Shown piece by piece: positions 61,980-64,000 of a stretch of 64,000 bases of DNA; positions within the stretch are counted from its first letter, which is position 1, and each line of letters opens with the position of its first letter. The stretch lies in assembly GCA_003971905.1 (NCBI GenBank), contig RSEE01000001.1, forward strand, positions 186,001-250,000, given 5' to 3'. The position numbers and the translations under genes are program-made. The notes beneath the pieces were generated by a model, which was not told the DNA's origin, ran no database searches, and was given only the letters and a program-made list of their open reading frames with translations. The stretch is from Moniliella sp. 'wahieum'. Its lineage: Eukaryota.

Positions 61980-64000
61980 TCAGAGGGCACAGTCGAGCAC
62001 CGCTCGTACATCTTGCACGCCAACCAAGTCTTGCAGGAACGGGCACATGTCCAACAACTCGGTATCATGCGGGTCGGAGAACCATGACGAGACGGGAACG
62101 GCGTTGGTGGCGTGGAAAATGTACGAGGCCGGCGAGTTGTCAAGAATGATCACATCGCCTACCGGCCGGCCCAGTTGTGAGAGATCTTTGACGAGGATCC
62201 CACGGTGTTGCAAGCATGATTCGCGGAATAAGCGGTGGCGAACGACGTGGTGTATGTCCAAGAGATCCAGTACAGGGTCCGCGTACTTCCCAACAGCACC
62301 CAGGCCAAAGTCAGTTTCCCAGCAAACGCACACACTTGGACAAGGGGGGGAAGAGGGGGAAGCGGGGGAAGAGGGGGATGCATACCTTGCTCAACGAAGC
62401 GGTAAAGACCACAATCTCAAATAATTCCCCCATCCGACGCAAAAACTCGTCCACCCCAGGCCGCTTGACCACGTACACGCTGTGCACCACCTCCTCAATC
62501 TCTACCGGCACAATAAAGTCGGCATTGGGGACGAGTTTGAACGAGGAGTGGACCAAGGTCTCATCCAAGTCGAGTACGAGACACTTGCGTCCTTGGTCGA
62601 CCGGAAGCAAGTCGGAAAGCAAGGGGTGCGGGTTGCCCATCTCGTCGTGAGGGATGCCTGCACCACCTTGCATGATCAACCGTTGTTCTTGCTGCTGTTC
62701 CCATTGAAGCCATTGCTCATCCAGATAGGCCGCCTGGTCTTCGGACACCCCCTCCCCTTCGTCCGTCTCGTCGGCCAGGTAACTGCTGCCGCGCCGTACG
62801 TCTCTCCTCCTCCTCCGACGAGACGACGGGGGCTGGAGAGGGCGTGTCTGCCATCTCCCCTGCGGGGGAGAGAGGGTGTGAGGATCCAGGCCAAGACCCT
62901 GACCGACTCCTGGGTCTCCGGCTGGGACGATGCTATTGTCCTCAGGGGCTGGATCGCCGTGTGCTGCCTCTAACAATTCCACCACCGAAGAGGAGGAAGG
63001 CGTAATGGTCCGCACCGATCGATGGTCCATCTTGGGCGTTGGCGGGGCCAAGGCCGAGCCCGGCGGCATCACTGCTGCTGACAGCACATCTTCCGTTTCG
63101 TCCCTGGGCAAAACGGTGCCTCCGACGATCGCCTGGTTCCCGGCAAAGAGCGAGCTGCTACGTGAATCATGGGTCCAGCGCGAGTCAGTCGAGCGCTTGT
63201 GGCGCATCGAAGGTGCTTGGAGGTTGTAGGCCACCGAGGGCGTGGCAGGAATGGCAGGCGTGCTGGGTTCGGGGATATCGTTCAACGTTCGTGCGCGCAG
63301 AGGGATCGGCCGTGTCAACAAGGGTCGTTCTTGGTGGATGGCGCCAAGGAACTGGCGGTGGCCATGTTCTTGGACAAGGTGGATGTGCCACCTGCTGCGC
63401 TCGCTCGTCCATTTTCTTCGTCCAGCGTAGGCGTGGTCGTATCCCGTTTGCCAGGAGAAGCCGACGGCGCCGAAGTCAGGGTTTCTCCGGTCGAAAAGGT
63501 GTGCCAGAGTGGGAACCCTGGGACGTGGTGGGCCGCAGGCAGTGGAGGGCGATTGGGTAGCAGGTTGTGGGGGGGTCAGCTGCTTGCTGCCCCCTGCTGG
63601 CGGGGGCTTCTCGTGGGCGCACGATTCATTGGATGTGGGCGGGGCAGGGTCGGGAGCTGACGGATGAGCAGGTAAGGAGCAAGAACAACTTGTACCACAC
63701 CTGGCATCGGTGCCGAGAAGCGCGATGGGGGCGGGAGCGAGGGCGTGACGGGCTGAGGCAAAGGCAGAGGGAACGGTGGCCGAAGCAGGTTTTTCGCTGT
63801 CGGCGGCTAAGGACTGGTCGACGGTGGTCTGGCCTGCGACGGCCGGGGCAGAGGTATGCGTGGGCAGGGGCGATGGCCTGGGGGCCTGGGCGATGAGATG
63901 GGGAGGCGGGGGGTGGGGATCGGCGGAGGAGGTGGGGCGCAGCGGGGCATGGGGAGGAGCCTGGGGGTTGGGGGCCGAGGGGCTGAGCGGGAGCAGGAGC
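61980..64000 (-). CDS. PSR1: CTD small phosphatase (NIF/FCP1-SCP family, Psr1/2-like); 5' end at or beyond the window edge
   Basis: [34 protein letters not shown] / [10 protein letters not shown] (intron 62286-62385), [24 protein letters not shown]. Confidence 0.93.

Noticed and set aside
61938..61981. (CCATT/CAATC)n pentamer run
   Set aside because: Ordinary microsatellite right after a stop codon.
1..64000. Frameshifts in almost every gene, suggesting mass pseudogenisation or programmed frameshifting
   Set aside because: They hit conserved housekeeping genes (HOM2, TPT1, PHS1, RHB1), are mostly 1-nt losses in homopolymers and leave motifs intact, which is typical of unpolished long-read error.

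Overview
GC-rich, intron-poor fungal genomic DNA, most likely a basidiomycete; Ustilaginomycotina-like gene structure is my inference. Nearly every gene carries single-base frameshifts, mostly in homopolymers, which points to an unpolished long-read assembly, so gene boundaries are approximate. The window holds about 18 recognisable genes, in order: a CAMK-type kinase, TMA22/DENR, a Cys/His-rich protein, an orphan, SMI1/KNR4, HOM2, PHS1, a siderophore-iron MFS transporter with an upstream ATCWGATAA site, a tricalbin, a metallophosphoesterase, TPT1, Rheb, a SET methyltransferase, a SnoaL-like protein, a GAF hybrid histidine kinase, EFR3, an MFS transporter and a PSR1-like phosphatase. Mobile DNA comprises a complete Ty3/Gypsy chromovirus (22731-28516, GTATT target-site duplication) with a Tf1-type self-priming RNA structure, and three degenerate CRE/Cnl1-like RLE non-LTR copies in which no RT catalytic core is visible. 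The most unusual signal is a window-wide family of non-coding 7-bp-periodic arrays with the grammar TNA + any 4-bp palindrome. At least 12 different cores are used, the core switches within an array while the phase is kept, and the arrays are concentrated upstream of genes.
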